A DNA stretch of 64,000 nt from Octopus sinensis (GCF_006345805.1 NC_043016.1:11346001-11410000); one strand, 5' to 3'. Numbered from the stretch's first letter, positions 12,750-26,858 are shown. Translations and numbers: made by a program. Notes: generated from the sequence alone by a model not told the origin.

Positions 12750-14031
12750 TATATATACTCCAACAATTCCTCTTCCAACGGTGATATGTCTGAAAAGCTA
12801 CAGTCTTCTACAGACATGGTTTTACTAACCTATCTCTCCTCTCACGAGAAGAGAAAGCACAAACAAACAAACCACTGCAAAGCAGCACAACACCTTCAAA
12901 AACTAGAGAAAATCAACTCCAGTACAAAAAGCAAAGTATAAAATATACAAATGTTGGAAAACCATGTGGTGTAAACACTTTCACAATATTTATACTTGAA
13001 TAAAGGCGAGACAAGCTTCATCTCACATTATCTCAAAGCTACGAGAATTCAATATGATTTGTTTAATTTTTTAGCGATTTCAAAGAGCAGATGGATATGG
13101 CCTGATTTGGCTGGTTTGAACAAATAAAGGGGATTTAATTTTGGCCGGTTTAAACACTAAATTGTTAAAGAATTTTGTATGTGAAATACATTTCTGTAAG
13201 AGTCGGAGAAACTTAATTAGAAAGTTTGAATTATAATTTAAACAGCATCATAGTTTTGGTTTTATGACTTTCATTCTTCAATATAAGAGAAAACAAATGC
13301 AAAACAAAAGAAGCAACACATCTAAGACTTACAATGTTAAATGTTATTCACCAAAAAAGGAATTAAAAATACAAAAATGGAGAAAGAAATGATAAAATTA
13401 ACAAGAAGACATCTTTTCCCATGAAAATGTTTTCTTCCAAATTTTGATGTTATTCTCTTCCGATTTTTTTAGCGCTGCTATTCTCTTCCAATTTTCATCC
13501 AATCAGTGAAATTCCATGCCAATTAGTTTTGAAGAGAAGTGAAACATGTGGCATGTTCATTACACATCTAAGCATGTTCTTCTGTTGCATTCCTGGTGTT
13601 GATAAGAAATATTGGGGGATGCAGTAACCTAACAGTGCAGTTTTCTGCCTGCAATTAGATATATATATATGGGTGGGGGGGTATGTATGTGTATATGTAC
13701 TTATGTATGTGTTTGTGTATAGGCATTAAAGTATATGTGTATATGCATGTGTATATGTAAGTACTTATATGTTTGTGTGTATATATATATATATATATTT
13801 ATATATGTGATGTGTATCTATATATATATGTGTGTGTGTGTGGTGTGTGTGTGTGTGTGTATATGTATGTATGTATGTATGTATGTATACTAGCAGTATA
13901 ACCTGGCTTTGCCTGGGATTAAGTTAGGATTATAACTGAGTAACATCAATGTCAAATTTCGGCGAAATCCATTGAAATTGGTTTATATTATTATATATAT
14001 ATATATATATAATATATATATAATATATATA

Positions 14032-14078
<47 letters not shown>

Positions 14079-15721
14079 ATATATATATGGGCAACCACAC
14101 ACACACATACGTACATACATATATTGCATACATGTTTTTCCACTCATATTCGTTTTGTTGCCCGTATATCAACAAAACACTTTTTCCTCGATGGAAAAAA
14201 AAACCAGCAAAAGTCTTAAGAAAAACTTACTCAATGCTAGAGGGGAGTTAACTACTGTTTGCAAACAATGGTGATTTCTCTGACTTCAAAATTGTTAAAA
14301 GTTTTGGTTGAAAATTTATTTTTATTGCTATTCACTGGTGGCTCTGAGAAAAATAAGTTGACGAAAATACAGCTAGTATCATGATGAATGTCCTCCTAAA
14401 ATTGGAGTGATATGCGTGCTAATTTGTGGACGTACATAAATTACATTCACGTACACACAAACGCACACATCCTGCCTTTTATATATACAGATATTCATAT
14501 ATGTGTGTGTGTGTGTGTAATGTATGTGTGTGTGTCTATATATATGTGTGTATGTGTGTGTTTGTATGATTCTATATTTCCAGTTCTCCACATAAACCTC
14601 TCCGAGCTGTTTGCCATTTGTTAACCTGGGAGATTATTACCTCCCTTGGAAACAATGGGTGAAGTTTGGGAAGAATAAGGGCATCCAGCTGTAGAAAAGT
14701 CAGTCCCAACTCTCATCTTGACCAATACAAACATTGAAAAGTAGACATTAAAAGAATGATGAGAAGACAATAAGAGATTTGCCATGAGTGAAAAGAGAGA
14801 GACTCCTTCAGCAAGGGTGGTGGGTGATGTTTTTATAGCAAAGAACAGATACAAAATGGAAGATTTGTATATGAGTTCCTATATCTATAATATTTTCCTG
14901 GCTAAATTAGATCAGGCTAAACAAAGGATCTTTTAACCTGTTAGTTGGTCTGAACTGTTGATGACCCAAAATGGTCAGTTAAAGAATAGAACTTACCTAC
15001 ATATAACAACAGAGTCTCGTAAATTTCTTAATAACACCAAGAACAAAGGAACTTACAGAAAAATCTGAATATCTGGCTAAGAATCCAGAAAATTATTCAC
15101 TTCAAATCAATGACAATGTTTATAACAAGAAGAATTCTTGCAAAGGTACCTCAAATGCCAGGTAGTCATATTAAATAGGTAAAATCAATCATCAAAAAAA
15201 AAAAACAGTTCCGTTGATGGACTTCAACTCAGTTTCCATTTACTCATTCCACCTCACAATGCTTCTATAAAAGTGTAGAGTAATCCGTCAGATTAACAGA
15301 ATGTTTGTTTTTCTGTTCACTTATAATAAAACAATTTTAACAGCTACCTCTGAAGAGCAGTGTTACATAATCAGAATGTTACCAGCATTCTGTTGAACCC
15401 CAAGTACGAAACTGATTGGTAAGATTAGCAGTAATGGATATATAATATTGTACACTTTAACACACAGACATACACACGCACACACATACACACACACACA
15501 CAGTATATAGAAGAAGTTATAATCCAGGTTGTATCCTCAAGCAGCACATCAGCATGCCCAAATAAATCAAATGTATGTATATGGATGTTTGATTTTGAAT
15601 GAAATATACACAGCATTTGAAATTTCTTGTGAATTGTATTTGCTGAGTAATTGGATGTCAAAATAGAGAAAAGTTTCATGTATTTCTAATTATATTAAAA
15701 ATATAAACTTTTCCAGTCTTC

Positions 15722-16130
15722 AGTTTTGATATATGTATATATTGTTGGCATCCTTTTGTCTCAGGAGACAATGGAGTTGTGCATAAACTAATCCAGTCTG
15801 GTTCTTACATTTCGCTTCCTCTCCAGTTTTGCGTAGGCCTGGACTAGATCTAAGAAAATCCTGAGTAGCCCAATCGTCAGGATTCCTCTCTCGACCTTGC
15901 TGACGTAGTCCAAAGGAGTGCAGAGCATTACATTTGGCACCAGCTTGGTTGCAGGAGCTGCCGGAAGAGTGTCGAGTCGAACACTAGACCACCTACGAGG
16001 CTCCACTCCAGATTTCTTTGAAGGTTGTCACATAGGGGCCCATACCAGGTACTGTCATCCGGAGCCAGCTGAGCCTGGGACTCGTGTCAGGCAGGGTTGT
16101 CACTCCCTGAAGTAGTGAAGAAAATCGGTA
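15722..16130 (-). mobile_element. Non-autonomous RTE-derived element (5'UTR-like part joined to RTE 3' end)
   Basis: The minus strand ends ...gtctcctgagacaaaaggatgccaacaa, an RTE-type (CAA) tail. The upstream part resembles RTE 5'UTRs as I recall them; not verified. Confidence 0.5.
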
Positions 16131-16183
16131 CCCACTACCTAGATATATATATATACATGTGTGTGTGTATATATATATAAATA

Positions 16184-16448
16184 TATATAAAAGTAAATAG
16201 ATGGTACAACGAGGCACCAATATTTACTGGAGAGTCAGAAACCGGTACTGCATTATCCGATTCTAGGTTTTCCATTTTTCAGATGTTCTTCCTAGAGGTA
16301 AGACAAATTTTTTCCATGTTTGTTGCACACACACGTCTTTGCTAGTATATACGCAGTGAAGCTATACAATAGCCTCGAATTTATTACGATCGCTATTTTC
16401 CAGTAAATATCGGTGCCTTGTTGTACCATTTATCTACTTTTATATGTA
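16184..16448. mobile_element. Foldback element with ~45-bp terminal inverted repeats in (TA)n
   Basis: aaaagtaaatagatggtacaacgaggcaccaatatttactgg / ccagtaaatatcggtgccttgttgtaccatttatctactttt. Confidence 0.7.
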
Positions 16449-16513
16449 TAATCTTACCCTTATGGGCTATCTTTTACTGGAAAGTAATACATTCGTATTG
16501 CATTATTATTTTC

Positions 16514-16588
<75 letters not shown>

Positions 16589-17479
16589 TATATATATATA
16601 TTATATATATATTATAAATTATATATATATATAATTATATATATATATATATGTATACACACCACCCACTCTTGCACACTTACACACACTATAACAAAGC
16701 CATAATAATAATATTTGTCTCAAGAAGGCCTCACATACATACATACAATTATATATATGTGTGTGTGTGTATGTGTGTGTGTGTGTGTGTGTTTATATAT
16801 ATCTATATATATACTGTTAAAAATTACAGAAATATGCTGTAGCAAATAAAAAAACATGGTGCAAATATGCAGAAACTGCAGGATTTCTGCATATTTGCAT
16901 ATCATCAACAGCAGGAATCCACTATCAACTGCATGCATAAACAAATTTAACCACTACTCATATAAGAAAACAATGATTAACAAAAGTATACTTGTATGTC
17001 AATATATATAAGTCTGTGTGTGTGTGTATGTATGTGTCTGAGTGTATAAATAGAAGAATGGAACAAAAACTCAATTGAGGGCATTAAAACATTCAGACAG
17101 ATAGGCAATACAAAGGCAGACAAGAGAAACAACAATTTGAAGGACAAGCAAAAAAACAACGGGTCATTCTTGGCTTTCTTTCATCAGTCAAGTCCCAGAA
17201 GTAACAACAATTTCAGGCAATTACACTTGAAATGGTTCCATCTGGTTGCCTCCAAAATAGTCTAAGTAAAGGGTATTGACTCCTTTGTAAGAAAACTACC
17301 GAATGTGTACGGCAACAAAGACAAAAACAAACAAAATAAAACAGAGAACATGGTACACAATTATGAATGCAACAACAAAAAAATAACAACAGGCGTCTCT
17401 GAGAACGAATATAATTGAGCTAGTGTATATGAAGTGAAAGCCTCAAGGCAGGAACATGGGAGATGGACATAAGAGGTGT

Positions 17480-18115
17480 TCGCAGTCAGCAGTCAGGCTA
17501 AGAAATCCTATAGAGTAGATTTATGCAATAAAATCACCATTGGCTTCATCCACGGCCTCCAGACTGGATGGTCTCCTTGTTTAAGTGGTGAATGCTACCA
17601 TTATCCTTGCTTTCAGTTCATCTTTGTTGTTACAAAGAGTTTTGTTGGTTTCTCGTTCAGCTGCGCCCCACACATAATAATCCAGTATGTTGCAGTCTGG
17701 AGAGTTAGGTGGCCAACTGTTAGGGGTGTTGTGTTCACAAAAATTGTGTGACAGCCATGACTGGGTTCTCCTGCTTGTGTGGTGTGGTGCATGAAAGATC
17801 ATGGCTGGCCAGACACTGGTCACATAGAAGGAGAGATTGAAAGATTAGGAAAAAATCAGAGACAAAGAGAAAGGTACAGGGCAGATAAACGAGGGGAAAT
17901 AGTGGGGGTTGCAGTCTGGGTAGTTAGGTGGTCAAATGTTAGGGGTGTTGAGTCACAGAAATAGTCTGTCAGCTATGACTGGGTTCTCCTGCTTGTGTGG
18001 CATGGTGCAGAATTTTATTACTAGACATACGGTCTTCCAGCAACCACCCACTTGACCGAGGGTGGCACTACCTCTTCCAGGCACTTAATGTAGACCTCCG
18101 TGTTGAGTGCGAGAC
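17480..18115 (-). pseudogene. maT-type (DD37D) transposase relic, two overlapping fragments
   Basis: SAPCHTSRRTQS and SWLSHNFCEHNTPNSWPPNSPDCNILDYYVWG. Combining the fragments gives 37 residues between the (D>N) position and the final D. Stops are present. Confidence 0.75.
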
Positions 18116-18467
18116 CATGTGTGTATATATGTGTATATATGTGCACATATGTATGCATGAAAGACTAGTTACAAACTACAATGGCTTTCTTGCCTGGACC
18201 AACCTCACATGCATTGTCATCCAGAATACGTATATAAATCACTCAGGTTTATCTACACACATGAAGGTGCACAGAGAAACATCACCAGAATAATCAGGAA
18301 CATTTAAGAAGTTACAAGAGTTTCTATAAATGTCAAATCAGCAGCAAGTTGTTTAAATCACTAGCAGAATTCAAGAGCCATTGTCATTCTTATTTCTAAC
18401 TTTGTGATACACTTCATTTAGTCAGCTATAGTCATTTAACTAATTTAACACATCGACAGCCATCGTG

Positions 18468-18672
18468 TATGAGGGGGTGCTGAATAGTTACTTGCTTCAA
18501 GTGCATTGAAAAAGGTCGGGTTGGAGGCCCAACCTTCTGAGTTCTTTTACAAGGCTTAGAGAAATGGAAGGACTGCTGCTAGAAGTGTGTGAATCTGAGA
18601 AGGGAACACATTGGATAAAATCATAATTAACTGATCAGGCTGTTTTCCTTAACCCCTTTGTATATGTATGCA
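18468..18672. mobile_element. Mariner-like MITE
   Basis: TA-tgagggggtgctgaatagtt start typical of mariner TIRs; degenerate right end cccctttgta. Confidence 0.5.
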
Positions 18673-18944
18673 TGTATGGATGGATGGGTGAATGGAAGGA
18701 AGGAAGGAAGGAATGAGAGGGAGGGAGGGAGGAAGGAAAGAAGGGAGGAAGGGAGGGAGGGAAGGAGGGAGGGAGGGAAGAAGGAAGGAAGGATGTAAAC
18801 TTATGGCCTTCAGGTGGGAACTAGCAAGAAAATAACAATACCGTGATACTCCATGTATGAGATGAAAATTCACTTGTGTATATGTATGTTTTACTGTATA
18901 TACAGGGTGCAGTGTATATATTGTCGTCTAATTTATGCAATCTC

Positions 18945-19315
18945 TAATAGTGGAGGGAACCTGTGGAAGAGGTAGACCCACAAAGATGTGGAACAAAGTG
19001 GTGAGAAATGATCTTCTGACGTCGAGCCTCACAGAGGAGATGAAAAGGGACGAAGACTTCTGGTGATTTGCTGTACTTGAAAAGAGATGTCAACCTAAGT
19101 AAATCATGGACATGTAAAAGGCACCCATGCTGGTTACATGTGAAAAAGCAGCGATTACACTCTGTAAAGTGATTGGCATTAGGAAGGGTATCCAGCCACA
19201 GAAACTGAGCCAAAACATATGACTGGAGTCTGGTGCAGCTTTCCTACTTACCAGTTCCGGTCAAAGCAACTAACCCATGCCAGCATGGAAAACGGACATT
19301 TAATGATGATGAAGA
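18945..19315 (+). mobile_element. RTE-type LINE extreme 3' end
   Basis: RGTCGRGRPTKMW..RNDL..SLTEEMKRD..W followed by the shared 3'UTR and (GAT)n tail. Confidence 0.8.
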
Positions 19316-20102
19316 CACATATATATATATATATGCATGCAGGCATATAAATCTTTATTGGAATGATGGAACTTGAAGCAGATAAAGCTATAAATAACAG
19401 CACATAAATATTGGGTTAAAATACATTTTGGACAGAGAAAGTCAAAAGCAGCAATTGACTTTTTCTATCCAAAAGGATTTTCAACTCAAAATATACATGC
19501 TATTATTTATAGCTTTATTTGCTTCAAGATGCACCATTCCCCAAAAGAATTATCCCATGATCTATTGAAACTTTCTTTCTACTCTAGGCACAATGCCTGA
19601 AATTTGGGGGGAAAGGGATTAAGTTGATTACATCCACCCCAGTACGCAGCTGGTACTTAATTTATCGACCCTGATAGGATGAAAGGCAAAGTCAACCTTG
19701 GTGGAACTGGAACTCAAAACATAGCAAAGGGAGAAATACTGGTAAGCATATCGCCCAGCGAGCTAACAATTCTGCCAGCTCACCACCTTAGAATAGATAT
19801 ATAAATGATAACACTGCCTGACAGAATAACCTGAATTTTAAAAGGTTGAAATAAATCACATATCTTTATGATTAAATATTCTTGTATGATTAAATACTCG
19901 TATAAACAGGTGATCTAGCTTTCATAGAGAAACCTATGGTAGAATTAGTGCAAAACATTCCAAATATGAAAGCAAAACCTAGAATCGAGAGGCCTCGAAG
20001 TAAACTTATTTAAGACTAAAGTGTTCATACATAGAAAATAATATAGGAGCCTGGAACTGTCAGGGAAAGAGGCAAGCATGTTATGCAGAAAAGGAAAACT
20101 CT

Positions 20103-20315
20103 ATATATTTCTTTATTGCCCTCATGGGGCTAAACACATAGGGGACAAACAAGGAGAGACAAAGGGATTAAGTTGATTACATCGACCCCCAGTGCGAAAC
20201 TGGTACTTAATTTATCGACCCCGAAAGGATGAAAGGCAAAGTCGACCTCGGCGGAATTTGAACTCAGAATGTAACGACAGACGAAATACCGCTAAGCATT
20301 TCACCCAAGGCGCTA
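20103..20315 (-). mobile_element. SINE family B (further copies ~19570-19790 and ~53670-53890)
   Basis: Reverse complement of the 7394-7628 sequence. Confidence 0.85.
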
Positions 20316-21017
20316 ATGTGGTAGAATCTGAGGCAGATTTGCAGAGAAAACAGGCTTTGCATATGGCAGATGCAATATTACAATAAACAATAAAACCACA
20401 CCAAAAATGAGATTCTCTTAAACACCCAACCACCTCGGAAGCAGCAGTAGACAGCTTCAGTATTGAAGATATAGATGAAACAGAACAAGCTGACACGAAG
20501 ATTCTACGTCACAAGCAGAAGATGATAAAAGGCTGTGTTCATTGGTTATATGCAGTGCTGTAGGAAGGCTGACACCCAATACTCTCTGTAAAGCAATTGG
20601 CGTTACGAAGGGCATCCAACCATAGAAATCTACATTGTACCTTGTTGAACCCATGACTACAAAGAGTAAACAGATGTTAAATGATGACAACAACGATGAT
20701 GATACGGCTGTAGATTCACACTCATATTCACATACAAACATGCACAAACACACACAAACACATACACACACACACAATTTTTTTTGACAGTTGACAGTAT
20801 GTTCTTGTATGTCTTAAAAGACCAAGAAACAGTACTCCATACACATATCAACAATGTATACAAAGAGAAGCAAACACGACGCGCGCACGCGCATATAGGC
20901 AGGGTTACAAATATACTTAAAGTATGCGTGTGTATATAGTTTTTGCATCGCTGTAGAAACTCGGTTGGTTTAAAAGTTATTGATATTTATTACACATCTT
21001 CCTAGTAAATGACAACT

Positions 21018-21050
<33 letters not shown>

Positions 21051-21074
21051 GCATATATATATATATATATATAT

Positions 21075-21126
<52 letters not shown>

Positions 21127-21132
21127 ATATAT

Positions 21133-21171
<39 letters not shown>

Positions 21172-21571
21172 CATATATATATATGTATAATTATATATAC
21201 ACACACATATATATATATATATTATATATATACATATATATATAATATATATATATATAATTATATATATATATATATGTGTGTGTGTATATATAATTAT
21301 ACAAGTACACATACACTCCCTGAGGAAAGCGACAGACAGACTGGCACATAGGCATGCAGAAGGTCAGGGTGTTGTCGCTGGCAGGCAAAAAGGGCATAAT
21401 GTTTACAGAAAGGGCCCTTCCTCACCCCAAGAATGTGTACAATTGATACACAGGAAAGTGAGCTTATTTCAGCGGAGATGAATGAGAAATATTAACAATT
21501 TATGCAAACACTGTTGTGTTCCTATTTTTAATCTCTTTAACATCGTTTGCTTGTCTTCGTTAGCCATATAT

Positions 21572-21813
21572 ATCTCTTTTTACTCTTTTTACTCTTTACT
21601 TGTTTCAGTCATTTGACTGCGGCCATGCTGGAGCACCGCCTTTAGTCAATCAAATCGACTCCAGGACTTATTCTTTTGTAAGCCCAGTACTTATTCTATC
21701 GGTCTCTTTTTGCCGAACCGCTAAGTGACGGGGACGTAAACACACCTGCATCGGTTGTCAAGCAATGCTAGGGGGACAAACACAGACACACAAACACACA
21801 CACACACACACAT

Positions 21814-21894
<81 letters not shown>

Positions 21895-22052
21895 TATATA
21901 CGACAGGCTTATTTCAGTTTCCGTCTACCAAATCCACTCACAAGGCATTGGTCGGCCCAGGGCTATAGCAGAAAACACTTGCCCAAGATGCCACGCAGTG
22001 GGACTGAACCCGGAACCATGTGGTTGGTTGGCAAGCTACTTACCACACAGCC
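21572..22052 (-). mobile_element. SINE family A, full length with expanded central (TA)n
   Basis: Head, central microsatellite and tail all match 56243-56663 in reverse. Confidence 0.9.
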
Positions 22053-22469
22053 ATTTTTTTTTTTTGCTTCCTTTTTCTCTCTCCATTAAAACTTAATCAG
22101 AATATTCATGGTTGTAGTTGGAAAGAGTGCATGAGATATAAAGATGCATATACACACACACACATTCACAGAAACAGCCACACGCATAAAGACATTCACA
22201 CACACACACATTCATAAACACACATGCACACACACATACACATAAGAACACATTCACAGACACAAATTCATACACATGAAGACATGCATTTACACACACT
22301 TTGCTGGAATTGACCACACGTGCTTGCTGACCACATGTGCTTCCTCCCACTCATGCCCCTTTCACTCTTCCACCGACCCCTGCAAGCCTTACTTCCGCCC
22401 ACTTCATCTGTCATCCTCTCCACCAACACCACATAGCTCCATCACAGCCCATAACACCGCTAACACCAC

Positions 22470-23325
22470 ATGTTTTTCTAAAAAGCACCATAAATGTTCA
22501 ATAATATTGAGATCTGGGGACTGTGGTGGCCAAATAAGATGTTCAACTTTACTAGAATGTTCTTAGTGTCATTCAGTAACAACTTTAGCTGTGTGAATCG
22601 GTGCATTATCATCCTGAAAGACTGTGTTTTCCCCCAGAAACACTTCCATAACCACAGGATGAATTTGATCAGATAAAATGCTTGAATAGACTTAACTATT
22701 AATTCTGCCATGAAGGGAAACCATTGGGCTGGCAGATATCCAAGATATATCCCCACCCCTCATCCCCAAATCATTATAGATCTTCCTCCGTGTTTAACAT
22801 TTGGAAAAAGGCAGTCTGGGCCAAATGCTTCTTTTGGCTGTCTTAACACATATATTCGGCCAGTGGTTGGAAATAGGGTAAAAGATGACTCATCTGAGAA
22901 AATAACATTCTTCCACTGCTCTAGGGGCCAATTCTGTAGGTTTTTACTCCACTCGAAATACTTTGCAATGTTTGTTTTTAAAAGTAGTGGGGTTTTTTTA
23001 TTGCAGCCCTCCCTTGAAATCTGGCTTTGAGCAGCTTCTGGCAAACAGTTTTTGTGGAAACTGGGTTCTCAAGGTGGTCATTAAGTTCTGCAGTAATTTT
23101 GGGAGCTCTACTTTTGTGATCCTTTCTAACAATTCACATAAGAGTCCAACAATCCCTATCTGAAAGTTTGGGTCTTCTTCCAGAGTTTTGTTTCAACGAG
23201 GAGGTTTTTCCCTCTTTCTCAAAGGCTGTCATTACTTTTGAGACAGTACTTCTTGATACACCAAACATTTCAGCTGTTTTCATTATGCTATCACCTGCCA
23301 TACGAGCACCAACAATTTGACCCCT
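22470..23325 (-). pseudogene. Tc1-type transposase relic with DD36E spacing
   Basis: Paired-type HTH (RGQIVGARMAG..TAEMFGVSRSTVSKV), VIFSDESSF, KHGGRSIMIWG and FQDDNAPIH...WPPQSPDLNIIEHLW. Frameshifts and stops are present. Confidence 0.88.
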
Positions 23326-23478
23326 ATGTGTGTATGTGTGTGTGTGTGTATTTGGATTTTTAAAACAGGTATTGAAAATATATATCAACAGTTGCTATTC
23401 AATACTTGAATATCAGTATATGCCTGCATGTGCATCGTGTGCACATTGCATTTATTTATGATTTTTCTTCAATTATAA

Positions 23479-23698
23479 TCCTTTAGTGTTCAGATTATTC
23501 TGTTAAATGTAATACTTTTTCACTCAAATTGTTTTGAATTAATCAGGCATTATCTTATAGCTTTGAGGTTTCAGTGATGTGATTGTTTATTTTTAGAATA
23601 TCAATGTAGGTTAGGTGTGAGAGGCTGGATCTGGCCAGTTTGAATATAAAACATGTGGAATATCTGGGCCGGATATGGCCAGTTTAAACACTAAAGGG
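23479..23698. mobile_element. piggyBac-type MITE family 1 (~225 bp)
   Basis: Ends (a)taa-tcctttagtg ... cactaaaggg-ttaa. Other copies at 26898-28963 (split), 43081-43233, 43239-43453, plus a fragment at 10236-10274. Confidence 0.85.
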
Positions 23699-24039
23699 TT
23701 AAAAAAATATTTAGGATCTTTGTATGTAATGATTAGAAAAAAGACAATTAACCCCTTTTCATACTAACCTACTTGATATTACCTTTTTATTCTATAATAC
23801 AAATTTCCTGTTTTAAAATTATCTAAATCAAGAACTTACATCAAAATTTCATGCTGATTTTGTGTCTCAAATATCAGTTTGATAATGACAAAGTTATTTT
23901 ACTAAATTTTTCATTCTTTTCAAAATTAGATTAATCAAAGTCAGTGTGTTTCAATAGAAATAAGGCAACAGAAAGGCCAACATGAATATTTTATGCATCT
24001 TGTTCTTTGCCTTAGGCTTAAAAGTCAAAATTCTCACTC

Positions 24040-24700
24040 AACCATGATTTATGATTTATTTAAAAGTGATTATCTCCCACAAGGCACCTTGTGTTATAAT
24101 CTATTATAGTAATAAATACAACTGTCATAATAGTTATAATAATGATAAAGAGATTTAGAATACTTGGGGGATGTTTATAATAACTACAAATTATGGTAAT
24201 GTTAGTGTTGATGGAGTGGCTGATGCATAGAACAATTCTGTTGAAAATGTTATGTAACCTACAATGTTCTCATTGAGACATTAACTAGATTATGTAATTT
24301 TAAGAATAAATGTGAATGCCCACTAGGAAATAAATGTTTAACCAAAAACATTAAATTTAATGATAAAACTGATCCAGATACTTTTATTTACATAGGTTCC
24401 ACTTTTTTTCATTTTAAAACTGAGATAAAATAATTCTCTTTACAGATTTAGAAGGAGGGATAAAATGAAAAATAACATCACTCTTCACAAAGGCCTTGGA
24501 CTTAAGGAATGAAAACGCTGATTGTCATCTATCATGGAGCATTGCTAGACACATTAAGTCTTATAATAGTGATAGATATGGTTGCAATTTCTGCTGTTTG
24601 GAGTTGTTGGAAATCTTAAAATGCTCAGGTGATACTATTAATAGATCAGATGAATTAAGGATCACATAGTCTCATTCTGTTTGTAGAACTCTCTTATACC
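24040..24700 (+). pseudogene. Highly decayed Penelope-like GIY-YIG/C-terminal region
   Basis: ECPLGNKCLTKNI..FIYIGST and WSIARHIKSYNSDRYGCNFCCLE..INRSDEL resemble the CPL..CL / YIG.T / W.I...Y....CNLC..E motifs of Penelope ORFs. Confidence 0.6.
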
Positions 24701-25173
24701 TTAAACCAATTCTATAACATCTAAATACAAGCACTAAATACATTTACCTTAATTACTGGAAATAGAATTCATGGATTATATTTAGGTAACCAATCATATC
24801 TTAATGTTATCAATACAGATAATTGATTATACTTAAGTTATGTTTGCCTATACTTAGTCATAGTAACAAACACTGATGGCTATAATTTTATATAATTTAC
24901 TCTTTATATAATTTAATTCAATAACTTTATTGAATTTGCTTCAAGCCTTAGATAATATCTTTGTTCTCTTAGTTATGACCGTTATAATTTTTTTTTTTAA
25001 CAGTTTCTTAATATTCCCCATAATTTAAAATTATTTTAGTAGTGATCTAACCCCTCTACTGAACTTTATTTAATTCATTTGCATTATTCTCAATGATATT
25101 GTAAAAATATTTATTAAAGAGAAACGTTGGTGTTCATAATCTTTCATTTTCCTATTTTATTTTTTATTGAGAA

Positions 25174-25575
25174 CTAGCAGTATCGCCCGGCGTTGCTCGG
25201 GTTTGTACGGAAAATAACTATATAAGCATTTTTAGAGAATTATAGCCAAAAAATAGCAAAAACATGCATTAAAAATGGAAAAAAAATGATGGTAAATTTT
25301 TTTTTTTAATCGTTGACTCATCGTAGACATTTTTAGAGAGTTACTTCCCTTATATAATAGCAAAAAAATGCATTAAAATGGAAAAAAATGATGGTAAATT
25401 TTTTTTTAAATCGTAGACTCATCGTAGACGCGCGCTAATACCCAGAAGGGCTCGATATGAATCACGACTATAAGATACCCGGTTTTGGTTAAACTGCACC
25501 GCAAAATGTGGGAGTAGTTAGGAATCTAAATCGTAGGAGACAGACAGCACACAACCTCACTTTTATATATAAAGA
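25174..25575 (-). mobile_element. Non-autonomous Helitron
   Basis: On the minus strand: A|TCtttatatataaaagtgagg ... cccgagcaacgccgggcgatactgCTAG|T. Contains an internal ~60-bp duplication. Confidence 0.85.
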
Positions 25576-26022
25576 TATCAGATCTTTTTTCCTTCTCTAT
25601 TCTTTTCAGCCTTTCAACTTGTAACTTTCTTAAATCTATATAACTGATCTCTCAAAAGTTCCATTTTTAACTAACATACATTCATAAATTTATAGAGTTG
25701 TCTTTATGTTGTCACTGATTACTGCCTAAGCTACTTTCATTAGTCTTGTGTATACATCTGTTTGTTTATGCCAATGTCATCTTCCAGTCAATGTGTTGAC
25801 CATTTTTCTATTAGATTTGTTTTATTCTGTTTATTGTTTAGTTTTTATAAGTTATGATTATTGGCACATATTATGGCTCTCTCTATACATTAATTATTGT
25901 TTTTTCCTTTCTCTCCTTGTTTTCCTTCTCTCTCTGTTGAAATTTCACAGGGACTTTTACTGTTCCCTGCATTTTTCCTTAAGTTATTTTCTACGAATTA
26001 TAATTAGTTGATTCTCCCTTAA

Positions 26023-26242
26023 CCCTTTCGTTACCAACCCGGCTTAAACCGGCCCTGGCTCTGAGTAAAAATGTCTTGTTTTCATAGGTTTTGAATTAAA
26101 GTTTTCCACCAAACCTTAGTCACAATTTATGTTCCTAATATTAGCTTAATGATAACTAAGTTATTTTACTAAATTCTTTGTTATATTTAAAATAATTGAG
26201 AGAAACTTAGGGCATCTCAAAATAAATAAGGTAACAAAAGGG
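26023..26242. mobile_element. piggyBac-type MITE family 2
   Basis: TTAA-ccctttcgttacc ... ggtaacaaaaggg-TTAA, with TTAA intact on both sides. Confidence 0.85.
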
Positions 26243-26454
26243 TTAATTAGAGCTAATACTCAATCAGTACCACAATTATTAATCAGAGTACTTTGATTCA
26301 GATTAATTAAATAAATGAATAAGTAACATTGGAACTTATAAATAATGTCACACTTCAGATTACTAAGCAATATAACAATAAATGGAGGTTTTTTAGAACA
26401 ACATCAGTAACTGTCTTCTAATATGTTTTGAAAGGTCAAATGTCATACCGGTAT

Positions 26455-26858
26455 CTCTTTTCTCTTTTTTCTCTCTTACTTTTTTCAGTCATTTGACTGC
26501 GGCCATGCTGGAGCACCGCCTTTAGTCGAGCAAATCGACCCCGGGACTTATTCTTTGTAAGCCCAGTACTTATTCTATAGGTCTCTTTTGCCGAACCGCT
26601 AAGTGACGGGAACGTAAACAAACTAGCATCGGTTGTCAAGCAATGCTAGGGGGACAAACACAGACACACAAACACACACACACACATACATATATATACA
26701 TATATACAACAGGTTTTTTTCAGTTTCCGTCTACCAAATCCACTCACAAGGCATTGGTCGGCCCAGGGCTATAGCAGAAGACACTTGTCCAAGGTGCCAT
26801 GCAGTCGGACTGAACCCGGAACCATGTGGCTGGTTAACAAGCTACTTACCACACAGCC
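26455..26858 (-). mobile_element. SINE family A, full length
   Basis: Matches the family A sequence in reverse. Confidence 0.9.

Larger units (their letters stand above)
9046..13656. repeat. Left arm of inverted segmental duplication
   Basis: Five collinear blocks are reverse complements of blocks within 32347-45422 (see findings). Confidence 0.92.
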
